Program-made: the position numbers and the translations under genes
Notes under the pieces: generated by a model
Seen by the model: only the letters and a program-made list of their open reading frames with translations
What the model was told of the DNA's origin: nothing
Database searches by the model: none
In this document: piece after piece, positions 13,661-25,200 of the stretch
How the letters are laid out: every line of letters begins with the position of its first letter
Numbering within the stretch: the first letter of the stretch is position 1
NCBI RefSeq assembly: GCF_009914755.1
Contig: NC_060925.1
Reading direction: 5' to 3' (one strand)
From: the human T2T-CHM13v2.0 reference genome, Homo sapiens
Length of the DNA stretch: 64,000 nucleotides

Positions 13661-14327
13661 TAGTCAGCCTTCAGTATCCGTGGGTTCGGCATCCAGGGAT
13701 TCAACAAACCACAGATGAAAAATATTTGAAAAACAATAGTACAGCAATAAAAATAATGCAAATAAAAACAGCACAGTATAAGTACCATTTACACAGCATT
13801 TATGGTGTATTAGGTGTTATAAGTCAGCAGTTCTCAACCTTTTTGGCATCAGGAACCAGTTTCATGGAAGACAATTTTTCCACAGACCAATGGCGGTCAG
13901 GGGAGGATGGTTTTAGGATGAAACGATTCCACCTCAGATCATCAGGCATTAGATTCTCACAAGGAGCACACAGCCTATTATAGATCCCTCGCATGTACAC
14001 TTTACAATAGGGTTTGAGCTCCTGTGAGAATCTAATGCCATGACTGATCTGACAGGAGGCAGAGCTCAGGTGGTAAAGCTCCCTGGTGGCCGCTCACCTC
14101 CTACTGTGCAGCCTGGTTCTTAATAGGCCATGGACTGGTATGGGTCTGTGGCTTGGGGGCTGGGGACCCCTGTTATAAGTAATCTAGAGATGATTTAATG
14201 GATATGTGTAGGTTATATGCAAATACCATATCATTTTATATAAGGCACTTGAGCATCCACAGATTTTGGTATCCATGGGGTGAGGAGATCCTGAAACCAA
14301 TCCCTCATAGATACTGAGAGACAATTG
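13661..14327 (-). mobile_element. MER2 (TcMar-Tigger) nested in the host L1 and split by MER1B
   Basis: TA|tagtcagccttcagtatccgtgggttc...gatactgagagacaattg|TA; TA duplication at both ends. Confidence 0.88.
13825..14172 (-). mobile_element. MER1B (hAT-Charlie) nested in MER2
   Basis: cagcagttctcaacctttttggcatcagg...ggggctggggacccctg; perfect 8-bp TSD TTATAAGT at 13817-24 and 14173-80. Confidence 0.92.
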
Positions 14328-14589
14328 TATATGGTTTCCAAATAGCTTTTCATATTTTATAGGTTACCTTTTCATTCTGCCGATTGTTCCTTGGCTGCCC
14401 AGAAGCTTTTTTGTTTGACATAGTCCTATTAATCTATTTTTGCTTTTGTTGCTTAGGCTTTTGGGGTCATATCCATGAAATCATTGCCAAGGCCAATGTT
14501 ATGAAGCTTTTCCCCTGTGTTTTCTTCTAGAAGTTTTATAGTTTCAGGCCTTATGTTGAAGTCATTTTTTTTTGGTAAAGGGTTTATTA

Positions 14590-14885
14590 AGCAGGGCTAT
14601 TTTTAATACCAAAAGACAGCAGACAGCTCAAACAGTCACTAACAGAGGTCTGGTTGTTTAAATTATAGTAAACAAATAAAACAGTAGTATTCATCTGTGT
14701 GGGGTGGGATGGGTGGGTGGGTGTGGATGTGTGTGTGTGAGGGGTTGGGGAGAGGGAGGGAGAGATGAAGAAATATCTTCACGTGCTAACATGGAGTGAA
14801 CTTCAGGATATAATGTTATGTAAAAAGCATAAAGTGGAAAAAAACGAAAATAGTTTGCTATTACCATTTTGTTTTTTGAAATGTA
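14590..14885 (+). mobile_element. Ancient L1ME-like 3' UTR fragment (within the putative transduced segment)
   Basis: gcagggctatttttaataccaaaagac...tggttgtttaaattatagta...cttcaggatataatgttatgtaaaaagc resembles an L1ME 3' UTR. Confidence 0.6.
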
Positions 14886-14964
14886 AAAGTGAATGAACTA
14901 TATATATATGCATATATATATCATTCATTCATATATATATGCATATATATAGTTCATTCTCTTA

Positions 14965-16265
14965 ATTAATTTTTTGATACATTATATTTGTACATAGTTA
15001 TGGAGTACATGTGAAATTTTGTTGCATGCATAGAATGTGTAATGATTAAGTCAGGGTATTTAGGATATCTGTCACCTAAGTGTCTATCATTTTTGTGTGT
15101 TGGGTATATTTTAAGTTCTCTCGACCAGCTACTCTAAAATATATATTAAGTTAACCACAGTCATCCTATTCTGCTGTCAAACATTAGAACTTATTTTTTC
15201 TGCCTACATATATGATTGTACCCATTAACCAACCTCTCTTAATTCCCCACCCCTCTCCCGCCCACACACCCTTCCTAGTCTCTAGTGTTTTTCTTTCCAC
15301 TCTCTACCTCCGTGGGATTTACTTCTTTTAGCGCTCATGTAAGAGTGAGAACATGTGAGATTTATATTTCTGTACCTGGCTTATCTTAATTAATGTAATA
15401 ATCTCCAGTTCTATCCGTGTTGCTACAAGTGACATGATTTAATTCTTTTTCATTGTTGAGTATTATTTGTGTGTGTGTGTGTGTGCGTGCATGTGTGTCA
15501 CACCTCTTTATTCATTCATCTATTGTTGGGCACTTAGGTTGATTCCATATTTTTGCTGTTGGAAATTGTGCTGCAATAAACATGAGAGTACAGTACAATA
15601 TGTCCCTTTGATATATTGATTTCTTTTCTTTTGAGTAAATACCTAATGCTGGACTGGATTGTATGGTAGTTCTATTCAGCTTTTTGAGAATCTCTATCCT
15701 GCTTTTTATAGTGGCTGTACTGATTTACATTTCCACCAGCAGTGTATACGAGTTCCCTTTTTGCTATATTCTTGCCAACATCTGTTATTTTTTATCTTTT
15801 TAATAATAGCCATTCTAACTCTGTAAGAGTATATCTCATTGTGGTTTTAATTTTCATTTCTCTGATGAGTAGTGATGTTGAGCATTTTTTGTATACCTGC
15901 TGGCCATTTGTATGTCTTCTTTTGAGAAATGTCTATTTATGTCTTTTGCATATTTTTTAATGGGATTATTTAGTGTTTGTTGGGTTGAGTTTCTTGCACC
16001 TTCTGGATATGAGTCCCTTGTTGGATGAATAGTTTGTAAATATTTTCTCTTATTCAACAGGTTGCTTCTTCACTTTGTTGATTATTTCTTTTGCTGTGCA
16101 GAAGCTTTTTAGTTTAATATAGTCCCATTTGTCTATTTTTGTTTTTGTTGCCTGTGCTTTTGAGGTCTTAGCCATAACATTTTTGCCTCGATCAATGTCT
16201 TGAAGAGCTTTCACTGTGTTTTCTTCTAGTAGTTTTATAATTTTAGGTCTTATGTTTAAGTCTTT
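14965..16265 (-). mobile_element. L1MA3/4-like element nested in the host L1
   Basis: tttttgatacattatatttgtacatagttatggagtacatgtgaaattttgttgcatgcatagaatgtgtaatgattaagtcagggtatt; ORF 15854..16057 is L1 ORF2-like ([13 protein letters not shown]). Confidence 0.82.
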
Positions 16266-16559
16266 AACCCCTCTTGAGTTGATTTTTATGTATAGTGTAA
16301 GCTAAGGGTCCAGTTTCCCTCTTTTTGGTGTGTATATCAAATTTTCTCAAAACTATTTATTGAAAAGACTATCCTTTCCTCATTATGCAATCTTGACACC
16401 CTTGTTGAAGATCATTTGATTATATATGCATAGCTTTATTTCTGGATTCTTGATTCTGTTCCATTGGTCCATATGCCTGTGTTTATGACAGCATCACATG
16501 GTTTCGACATTTATTTTTGTTTTGTTCTAGATTTTTTCACATTTTCTAATCCCAAACAT

Positions 16560-17060
16560 TTTTTTAAAATTTAATATACTATTTTTAAAGCATTTTTAGG
16601 TTCGTGGCAAAATTGAACAGAAAGTGCAGTGATTTCCCATATATTCCCTGCCCCCACACTGCATAGCTTTCTCCATCATCAACATCCTTCATCAGAGTTA
16701 CACATTTGTTACAATTCATGAATTTACATTGACACATCACTATCACATTATTGTCATCATTATCAACTAATTGCTAACATTAAGGTTCAGTCTTGGTGTT
16801 GTAGAGTCTATGGGTTTGGATAACATACAATGTCATGTGTCCATTATTACAATAGCCTAAAGAATAGTTTCACTGCCCTAAAAATACTCTATGCTCTGCC
16901 TAACCCCTTAAATCCTGACAATCACAGTCTTGTTACTGTCCCCATAATTTTCTTTTTCAGAATGTCATATAGTTGGAATTATATAGCATGTAGCTTGGTA
17001 AGATTGGCTTCCTTCACTTAGTAGTATGCACTTAACGTTTTCTGCATGTCTTTTCATGTA
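16560..17060 (-). mobile_element. L1MC1-like 3' end
   Basis: catttttaggttcgtggcaaaattgaacagaaagtgcagtgatttcccatat...tttcactgccctaaaaat...cagaatgtcatatagttggaat. Confidence 0.8.
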
Positions 17061-18128
17061 ATCTGAGAGCAGAGGTAATTTCGTGTCTTCTTTTCTGATT
17101 TGGATGTCTTTTATTTCTTTTTCTTGCCAAGTTGCTCTACCTAGGATTTCCAGTACTGTTTGAATAGAAATGGTGAGAGTGGGCCTCCTTGTCTTGTTCC
17201 TGATCTTAAAAGAAAAGCTTCAGTTTTTCACCATTGAGTATAATGTTAACTGTAGGGTGTTATATATGACTATTATTTGTTGTATATATTCATTCATTTG
17301 ATGGTTTATCCTCTGTCACTAGGCTTTCTTTACTCTTTTAAATTATTTTTTTCCTTTTGCTCTTTTAACTGGATACTATCAAATGATGTTTGTTGAAGTT
17401 CACTGTTTTTTTCTTGTGCTTGATCAAGTCTGCAGTTGAACCACTCTAGTAAATTTTTCCACTAAATTATTGTATTCTTCAGCTCCAAAATTTCTGTTGG
17501 GTTCTTGTTTATATTTTATGTCTCTTGTTGACATTCTTATTTTGTTCATACATTATTTTTCTGAGGTTGTTGAACGTCTTTATGATGGTTATTTTGAATC
17601 TTTATGAGATAATTCATATGCCTCTGTTACTTTAGGATCAGTATGCGGAGATTTAGTTTGTTCTTTAATTGGGCCATGTTTCCCTGTTTCTTTATGTGCC
17701 TTGTAACTTTTATGATTGGATCTACGCATGTGAAATAAAGAGTCACCTCTGTAAATCTCTAAGGACTGGATTCATGTGGGGAAATACCTAATCACCAATC
17801 AGCCCTAATCAGCCTGCCTAGAGATTCTGTGGGCCTCAAATCTTTTTTATAGTTGTGCGTTCTCTGGACTTGTGCCTGTAAGTTACCAAGTACAGGGATT
17901 TACTCTTTTCTTTTTCAGGGGCTTGTAATCTCTTGCTCTCTCTGGAGCTACCACATGCTGCTCAGCTCTTCTTTGTTCTCAGTGGCTCCCAGACTTCTAG
18001 AGCGTGTTAGGTCCTGTTAATGCTGTTAGCTGGACAAGACAGGCACCAGTCCCTCAAGAAGCCTTTTGGAAAGTCTGCTTGCTGGACATATGTTTCAGTC
18101 AGTCTTCTCTTTCCCTCCCCTGGGAGAA
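17061..18128 (-). mobile_element. L1M ORF2 fragment followed by ORF1/5' UTR fragment
   Basis: ctaggatttccagtactgtttgaatagaaatggtgagagtggg...cttgttcctgatctt; then tgtattcttcagctccaaaatttct...gggccatgtttccctgtttc. Confidence 0.7.
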
Positions 18129-18130
18129 AC

Positions 18131-18826
18131 CCAGTGAGACATGATTAAGGTGGAAGACGGTAGTATTGACAATCTTGACCTTGTGCAGGCCTAGGATGAT
18201 TTGTTTGTGTCTTAGTTTTTTTTTTTTAAAGTGCTTAAAAAGTTAAAAAAATTAAATAGTTAAAAAAAAGATTATGGAATAAAGATATAAAGAAAAAATA
18301 TTTTTATACAGCTGTACAATGTGTTTTTGTTTTAAGCTTAGTGCTAGTACAAAAGTCAAAAAATTAAACAGTTTATAAAGTGAAAAATTTACAATTAGCT
18401 AAGGCTAATTTGTTATTGAAGAAAGTTAGTTTTATTTTAAAAATAGATTCAGTGTACCCTAAGTGTACAATGATGTCCTAGGCCTTCACATTCACTCACC
18501 ACTCACTCACTGGCTCACCCAGAACAACTTCCTGTCCTGCAAGCTCCATTCATGTAAGTGTACCATTTTTTACTTTTATACCCAATTTTTACTGTATCTA
18601 TCATATGTTTCCATATGCTTAGATACACAAATACCATTGTCTTACAGTTGCCTTAAGTATTCGGTACAGAAAAATGCTGTACAGGTTTATAGCTTAGGAG
18701 CAATAGGCTATACCATATAGCCTAGGTGTGCAGTAGGCTATCGCATCTAGGTTTGTGGAAGTACTCTCTATGATGTTCACAAAATGATGAAATTGCCTAA
18801 CCACACCTTTCTCAGTATCACATTTC
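18131..18826 (+). mobile_element. Tigger3b right-half fragment (terminal repeat locally inverted, see findings)
   Basis: Colinear with 8130-8840: ggtggaagac...gcctagg...cattcactcaccactcactcactg...ggagcaataggctataccatatagcctaggtgtg. Confidence 0.88.
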
Positions 18827-19418
18827 TCACTATCGCAAACTGACAGAATACAGTGTAGTCACGTGTCGCTTAACAGTAGATGACTATACTGTATTCTGAC
18901 AGTTCATGATAGTGATTTTATGTCTACTCAAAAATCAGTAAGCATAGAATATACTACAAATGATTCTTGAGTAGTTAGCATTATACTGGACACATAGGCC
19001 ATATGCGACATAAACATATAAGACAAGGCCTGATGACTATTTAGAATGCATCATACACGTGGATAAAATAAAATGTTCACCGACGTTCAACTTTATGAGT
19101 TAGTTCTTTAAAAAATTCATTTATGAATGTATTTTTTTTGCTTAGAACTTTCAGTATTTCCACATAGAAATAATATTGTAAATGATAGCTATATGCAAGG
19201 TGAGGCAACCAAAGCAGTAATACAACTGAACTATTAATATAACCCCAAGACCTGAACCTGGCTTGCCAAGTTATTTTATTATTCTTTTGGCATATTTTAC
19301 TTATTTTGACCAAGTGACCCACTTAGCCTCTTTCTGCCTCAGCTTTTGTGAAAGATAAGTATGTATCTGATTCCTCTTAAGTAACACTATATGCATAATG
19401 CTCACAAGGTTCTGGTGA

Positions 19419-19778
<360 letters not shown>

Positions 19779-20892
19779 TAATCCCAACAGATGTACAGCC
19801 CCAACAGATATACAGCAAGTGATTAAAAATGAAAGTGTGAGTGAGGTTCAAGTGTAGTTAGTCATCTCCTAATGCCCATAACCTTTCCCCTTCATGCCTC
19901 TTCTGAATCCTCGAGAGACTGCATGTTGCTTTTTTGTGACTTTTGACTTTTCTCTTTCCCTGCTTGGTTTAAAAGTTTTCTGCATGTTTCACCAACATAA
20001 ACATATTCTTGGATTGTGGGAGTTAGGAGACAGATGAAGTGGAGAGAAGACCCACCAGCCTCATGCTTATTATGAGAATTCTGAAGCATCTTCCCTTTCA
20101 TAGGGTGCTGTGCTCTGAAGCATTGTTGAGATTAGTATCTTAGTTGTGAATGAAGACAAACAATACAGTATAAGTGAGTGACTAATGTAGAAAACATGAG
20201 GAAAAGTGCCAAGTTCATTTTCAGCGCTGATGGTTGTGGTGTGACACTCTCATGCCAGCCAAAGAGGTGCCTGAGGGAAAGGTTTAATTGCACTTTTGTG
20301 TAATAACTACTGGACAGGTGTCAAAGGGTAGCTCCATTATTCCAGTTGGCTCAAAAAAGGGCAAGAAATTCTATCAGGTTCTTGTTTCTCAAACAAAATA
20401 GAGTTCAACCAATTCAGTATTTGCTATAACTGGTGAGTGTATGGGTGTGTAATTGAGAAAGGCGGGGGAAACTTGGAAAAAGCTAAGAAGCTAAGACAGA
20501 ATCAGTATGAATCACTATGTTTTGGGAAGTTATATATTATTTTTGCTGTCTTGATTTTGTGACATTGAGCCAAGAAATATAAACATATTAAACAGTTTTG
20601 CAAGACTTCCTTTTCTCTGCATAATGTTAGCAAGTCATTAATAAACTTCCCATGCAGTATATTAAGAAGTTTTACCTGGAGCCTAAAAGCACAGAAATTT
20701 CTTGTAGGTTATTAATGGCAATGAGTCAACTCACTCAAAGTGAGAAATACACATTTTATGGGGCCTGAAACAGGATCTGTCTATCAGGATATTATTGGAA
20801 TGTCTTAGTATAGTGCCTTTACTCATGACTAATTTGGGTTGTAGGAAGTTTGATTTATTCAAATATAAATTGTGTTAACTGGTTACTTTGTC

Positions 20893-20894
<2 letters not shown>

Positions 20895-20924
<30 letters not shown>
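20895..20924 (+). repeat. (GT)15 microsatellite
   Basis: Read directly. Confidence 0.95.
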
Positions 20925-20926
<2 letters not shown>

Positions 20927-22039
20927 AAAGCTTGAGATTTTCAATCATCACTATGATATTTTAGTTACTATGATTTTTTAATTTCAGTTCTCACTATGAT
21001 TCTGGAAGGACAGGAAAAAATCCTTTTGTTTTTAAAACTTACATAAAAATATTGCCTTTCTGTGGAAACTTGAATAATTTTCATAACTATTTCCCCTGCC
21101 TGTGATTACCTTTATATAGGTATAAAACACTTTCTTTTTGTTTAAACTTGTATCCATTATGGAACTATAGGCTTAAGTGCATTGGGAAATCAAATGAATA
21201 GAGATTAGTGACATTATATTGGAAAAAAACGAGAGGTTTTCCAAATTTAGGAACCCTATGGATGTGTGTAACTGACAGAGAAAAACATCCTTTTTCACAT
21301 TTTAGCCTTTTTCTTCTCATCAGTTTAGAAATTCAGGCCTTAGAAAAATAATGTGTAAATAAATGTTGGTTAGTGTAGCACGCCTTGGGCAACATGGTAC
21401 AAAAATATTGTTTCAGGTACTGTCTCCCTGATCTCAGTCTCCTGCCTACTCAAATCCTATTTTAAGGACAATCTCTTTTAAAGGAACTGCCTAGATAAAT
21501 ATCTTACTGTCCTAGAACTGTGTCTTCCTTACTAACTAAACAACCTTGATCTTTTTCCTCTCTCCTTGCCTTTTGGTTTCTTTCTGACTTCTTCTTCTAC
21601 CTCCTTCTCTTTCATGCTTTCCTTTTTTTTTAAAAAAATTAATCTTTTTCTTCCACTCATGCTGAGATGGGGTAGAAGGTGGCCAGAAAGATAGACAAGA
21701 TTAATGGTCCCATAAAATATTATTCCATACAGTAATATGGAATCTAGGAAGACTCATGGAAAAATGCACACCAGGGAAATGCCGCTTCAGTGTGCTTGCT
21801 TCACATATGTAGTCTGGCTCCTTTAGAGTTGCACAGGGTCTTCATCATGTTTTTTTTTTTTTTTTCTATACACCACTGTGCTCATTTCATTGAGGCTCAA
21901 AGGAAAAAGAATTTCAGTGTTTCAAGTTCAGCCCTTGCCTGATATATAAATCTTCCCTGTAACAAGTCAGCTAATGGTTACTTGCCCTTAGACATTAGAC
22001 AGGTTTACTCAATAATAGAGGAATAGTTATGTAAACTAT

Positions 22040-22290
22040 GTTAAATGTAGCTACTCAGTGAGATATTGAAGTCCTTAAAAATGATAGCTCTGAAGACTAC
22101 AAAATGCCTTGGAATATGCTTATGTTATATGAAAAGAGTTTTCAGCAGATTTATTGTTACAACTATTAAAACGTGAATATATGCATGTTGCAAAATACTG
22201 TTTTAGGAACCGTGACTGATTTTTTTTCTTTAGTATTATTTTTCCAAATGTCCAATAATATGTATATTACTTTTATGATTAAAAAAATCT
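22040..22290 (+). mobile_element. Old L1M (ME/MC-like) 3' end fragment
   Basis: ggaatatgcttatgttata...tttccaaatgtccaataatatgtatattacttttatgattaaaaaaa. Confidence 0.5.
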
Positions 22291-25200
22291 CCCTAAATGG
22301 ATATGACCAGGAAAGACAACCCAAATACCCAGCAGTATGCTTCATGGTTTCTGGCCCTTCAATGATATCTGCTCTCAAATCTGTTGTTCCCTGCTTTGGA
22401 TTTTAAGCTTTTGTTTCTACTAACAGAAAATAAATTTACACTTTCAAAAGAGCAAGAAAAAAGCTGTACACTTCATTAGTCTGTTTAAAAATAGCTTTGA
22501 CACTCGATTGCATAATCCCCAAATGGAAGGAAATATATCAGAAGGTAAGCAAGATATTTACTTTTAGACGTGCTTCCTTAAAGTCTGGTGTGCAGAAACT
22601 GCCTTCTGTAGAAAATAATATCCCTTTTAAGTAATAAGAATTAAATTTTATTTTTATAAAGTCTTCATGAAATAAATATATTTTGACTCATATTTTTGTA
22701 AGAAACATTATGGCATATTGTTTCTTACAAAATCTTCCTTACAAAATATGCTGGGGGGGGAACCTTGAAAATATGCTTATCAGTCTCTAAATGTAGTATG
22801 ATTTAAACACCTATGTTTTGTATAAAATATGCAAAGTACTACTCCATTTCTTTTCTCCACATGAAATCAAATATATATTTTTATAAAGAAAAAGATTATT
22901 GATGCTAGGTTTTGAAAATCTAACATTTGTCAGTACTCTATAACATTACATTTAATTGTGGAATGTAACTTTGTGATTTCTGCATTTTATATTTAGACAG
23001 ATGCCTCTATTTTTCCTAGAAAAAAATAAAACAAGTACCATGTCCATATAACTACAGAATTTCTGAAAAACTAGTTTCATGTAATGAGTCACAAAATTTG
23101 ATATCAAATCACAGATATATGAATTAACTTCTATAAAATTTAATTATCTTAAATATTAAATAGTATCTCTGGATCTCTCAGATGTATGCAAAAATGGAAT
23201 ACAACTTGAATTTCCAATAAGGATTCAACAATCACTCTGTGTTCTCTCAGAATAACATTCTAGGCAATAAAGGGTTTTCCTTTGATAAGTATGTATCCTT
23301 CACTGTAGAACTGTAATGAGAGCCTAATCGATTGATATGCTAGTAACAATGTTTTTCCTGTTCATGGAAATTAGCCTTAATTCTGCAGTAATAAATATCA
23401 TACTGCAGTGAAATTTAGTATGTTATACACACTGTTCATCAAAACACAAGTACTATTCTTTTGCATGCTCATATTTAATTGCCATTTTGCCTGCACCAAA
23501 TGCTCAGATATTGGCAATTTTATATGCTTCAGCCTAGTGTTAGCATTAACTGAGAACTGCTCATGGAATATTCTTGAAGAGCAATATGCTAGTGTAGTGT
23601 GGTTTTCAAGAAGTTGTTTGCTTCCTTGTTCGGTTATTAAGGGTCCTAGTGGCACTCGACAGGAATATTATTTTATGCAAGGAACCCAATGACATACTTT
23701 AGTTTCCAGAATATCATGAAAGGACAAAGAGGTAAAGAAGATGGGTCTAGTATCCTGCTGCCCCTTAGTGGAACCTAATTTGATATGTAAAATGGCCCAA
23801 GAAGCAGCCCAATCATTAAGACTGCCACATGTTACTGATGTTAGAGGAGGAGTGTCTTGTGTAAATGATGTCCATAAATAACATTCCAGATATATATGTC
23901 CAGTAAATTTTAAAAATACTTAGAAAATGGATAATCCAGTGTGGTTCCTCATTGTTTCAAACCTGCCAGTCAAGGTTGCCTAGGCTCCACCAGTGCAGTC
24001 TGTGAAATTCTGAGCCTGTAAGAGTAAGGGCCATGTTGAGATACTCTCTGGTTTTAATAGCAGGACCATTCAAAACAGCTCACATCATCTGGAATAAGGT
24101 AATCATAGTGTTGACACATAGCCAGAGGTTAAGAATGAGATGCATGAGGATCCTGTAGCCTTTGGCAACAATACTCACACATGACTGTGTATTATTGATG
24201 GGTGATGATTATTTTTGTGCTGCAACCATAAATCGTAATGATACCCACTATTATCTCCCCACAAAGTCTTTTGGCAATGAGAGCATCATTTATTATTTTA
24301 CTTTCCTCATCCCACATTCTTCAAGTTTTTAAAAATAATCTTGCTTACATGGGTTGAAGTGGTCACATGTAGTGTTGTGGATGTGTGATTGGATTCGTTA
24401 TCTAAAGACTAGTTTCTTCTCAGTGTGGAAACTGGCTTCCCCCGCAAAGAAATGGTCGCAAATAAAAAATCTATAATTGCAACTACCAGAAATTTGGCAA
24501 GATGATACTTGTTACTGTTTCAGGAGCTGTGTTACTGTATATATGTCAGTATAATTATAAGTGGATTTGGCCATTGTACAACTTATTGGAAATTATGTCG
24601 TTTTTAAAAATGGAGAAAAAGCGGAAAAAATCTTAAATATCCAATTAAAATAAGTTGGCATCGAACCAGTTATACATATATCATTGGTATAAACTAATTA
24701 GGTGTTAACCCCTTGTACCTGCAGTTCAGAATTTTCTTTATCACTTAAAAGTGTTCAAATTATTAATGTGATTCTACTTTTAGGATGATAGGTGTGACAG
24801 CATATTTTAATGAAATCCTGATGATAACAGAGGAGGAATTTGTTCAAAACATTCTGTACTGTTTTGATGAACATAAACATCTCAGTATAGGAAAAATAAG
24901 TAAAATCAGAACTTCTGGTGCCATTTGTATTTTAAGATCCACAATATAGCCTACTCTGAAAGCAGTACATTCTTCAGCCTTTTCCAAAATTGCTAAATTC
25001 CCTACATCTTCTTCTTTAATGAAAACATGGCCATTCTAGTACTTTATAGCACACAAAAAGCTGTTCCTTGGAGTTGGACTGACAGAAACATTTTCATGAT
25101 TGTCAGTCACTTCCTTGAATGCCAAGTCTGTACTAGTCCCATATACTTACAAGTAAGTGTGTTTTATCATTGTTTGGTGTTAAAGTGAATAAAGCTCCAG

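Larger units (their letters stand above)
10950..16508 (-). mobile_element. Old host L1 (L1MA9/10-like), in pieces ~10950-11474, 13259-13660, 14328-14564 and probably ~16265-16508
   Basis: 3' UTR gtgggaaaaagcatgtaacaagagctctaccc...cagcagatctctgtagaac; the L1 sequence resumes in register after each nested insertion. Confidence 0.8.

Noticed and set aside
13594-13983. 129-aa ORF
   Set aside because: Runs across L1, MER2 and MER1B junctions; chance chimeric frame.
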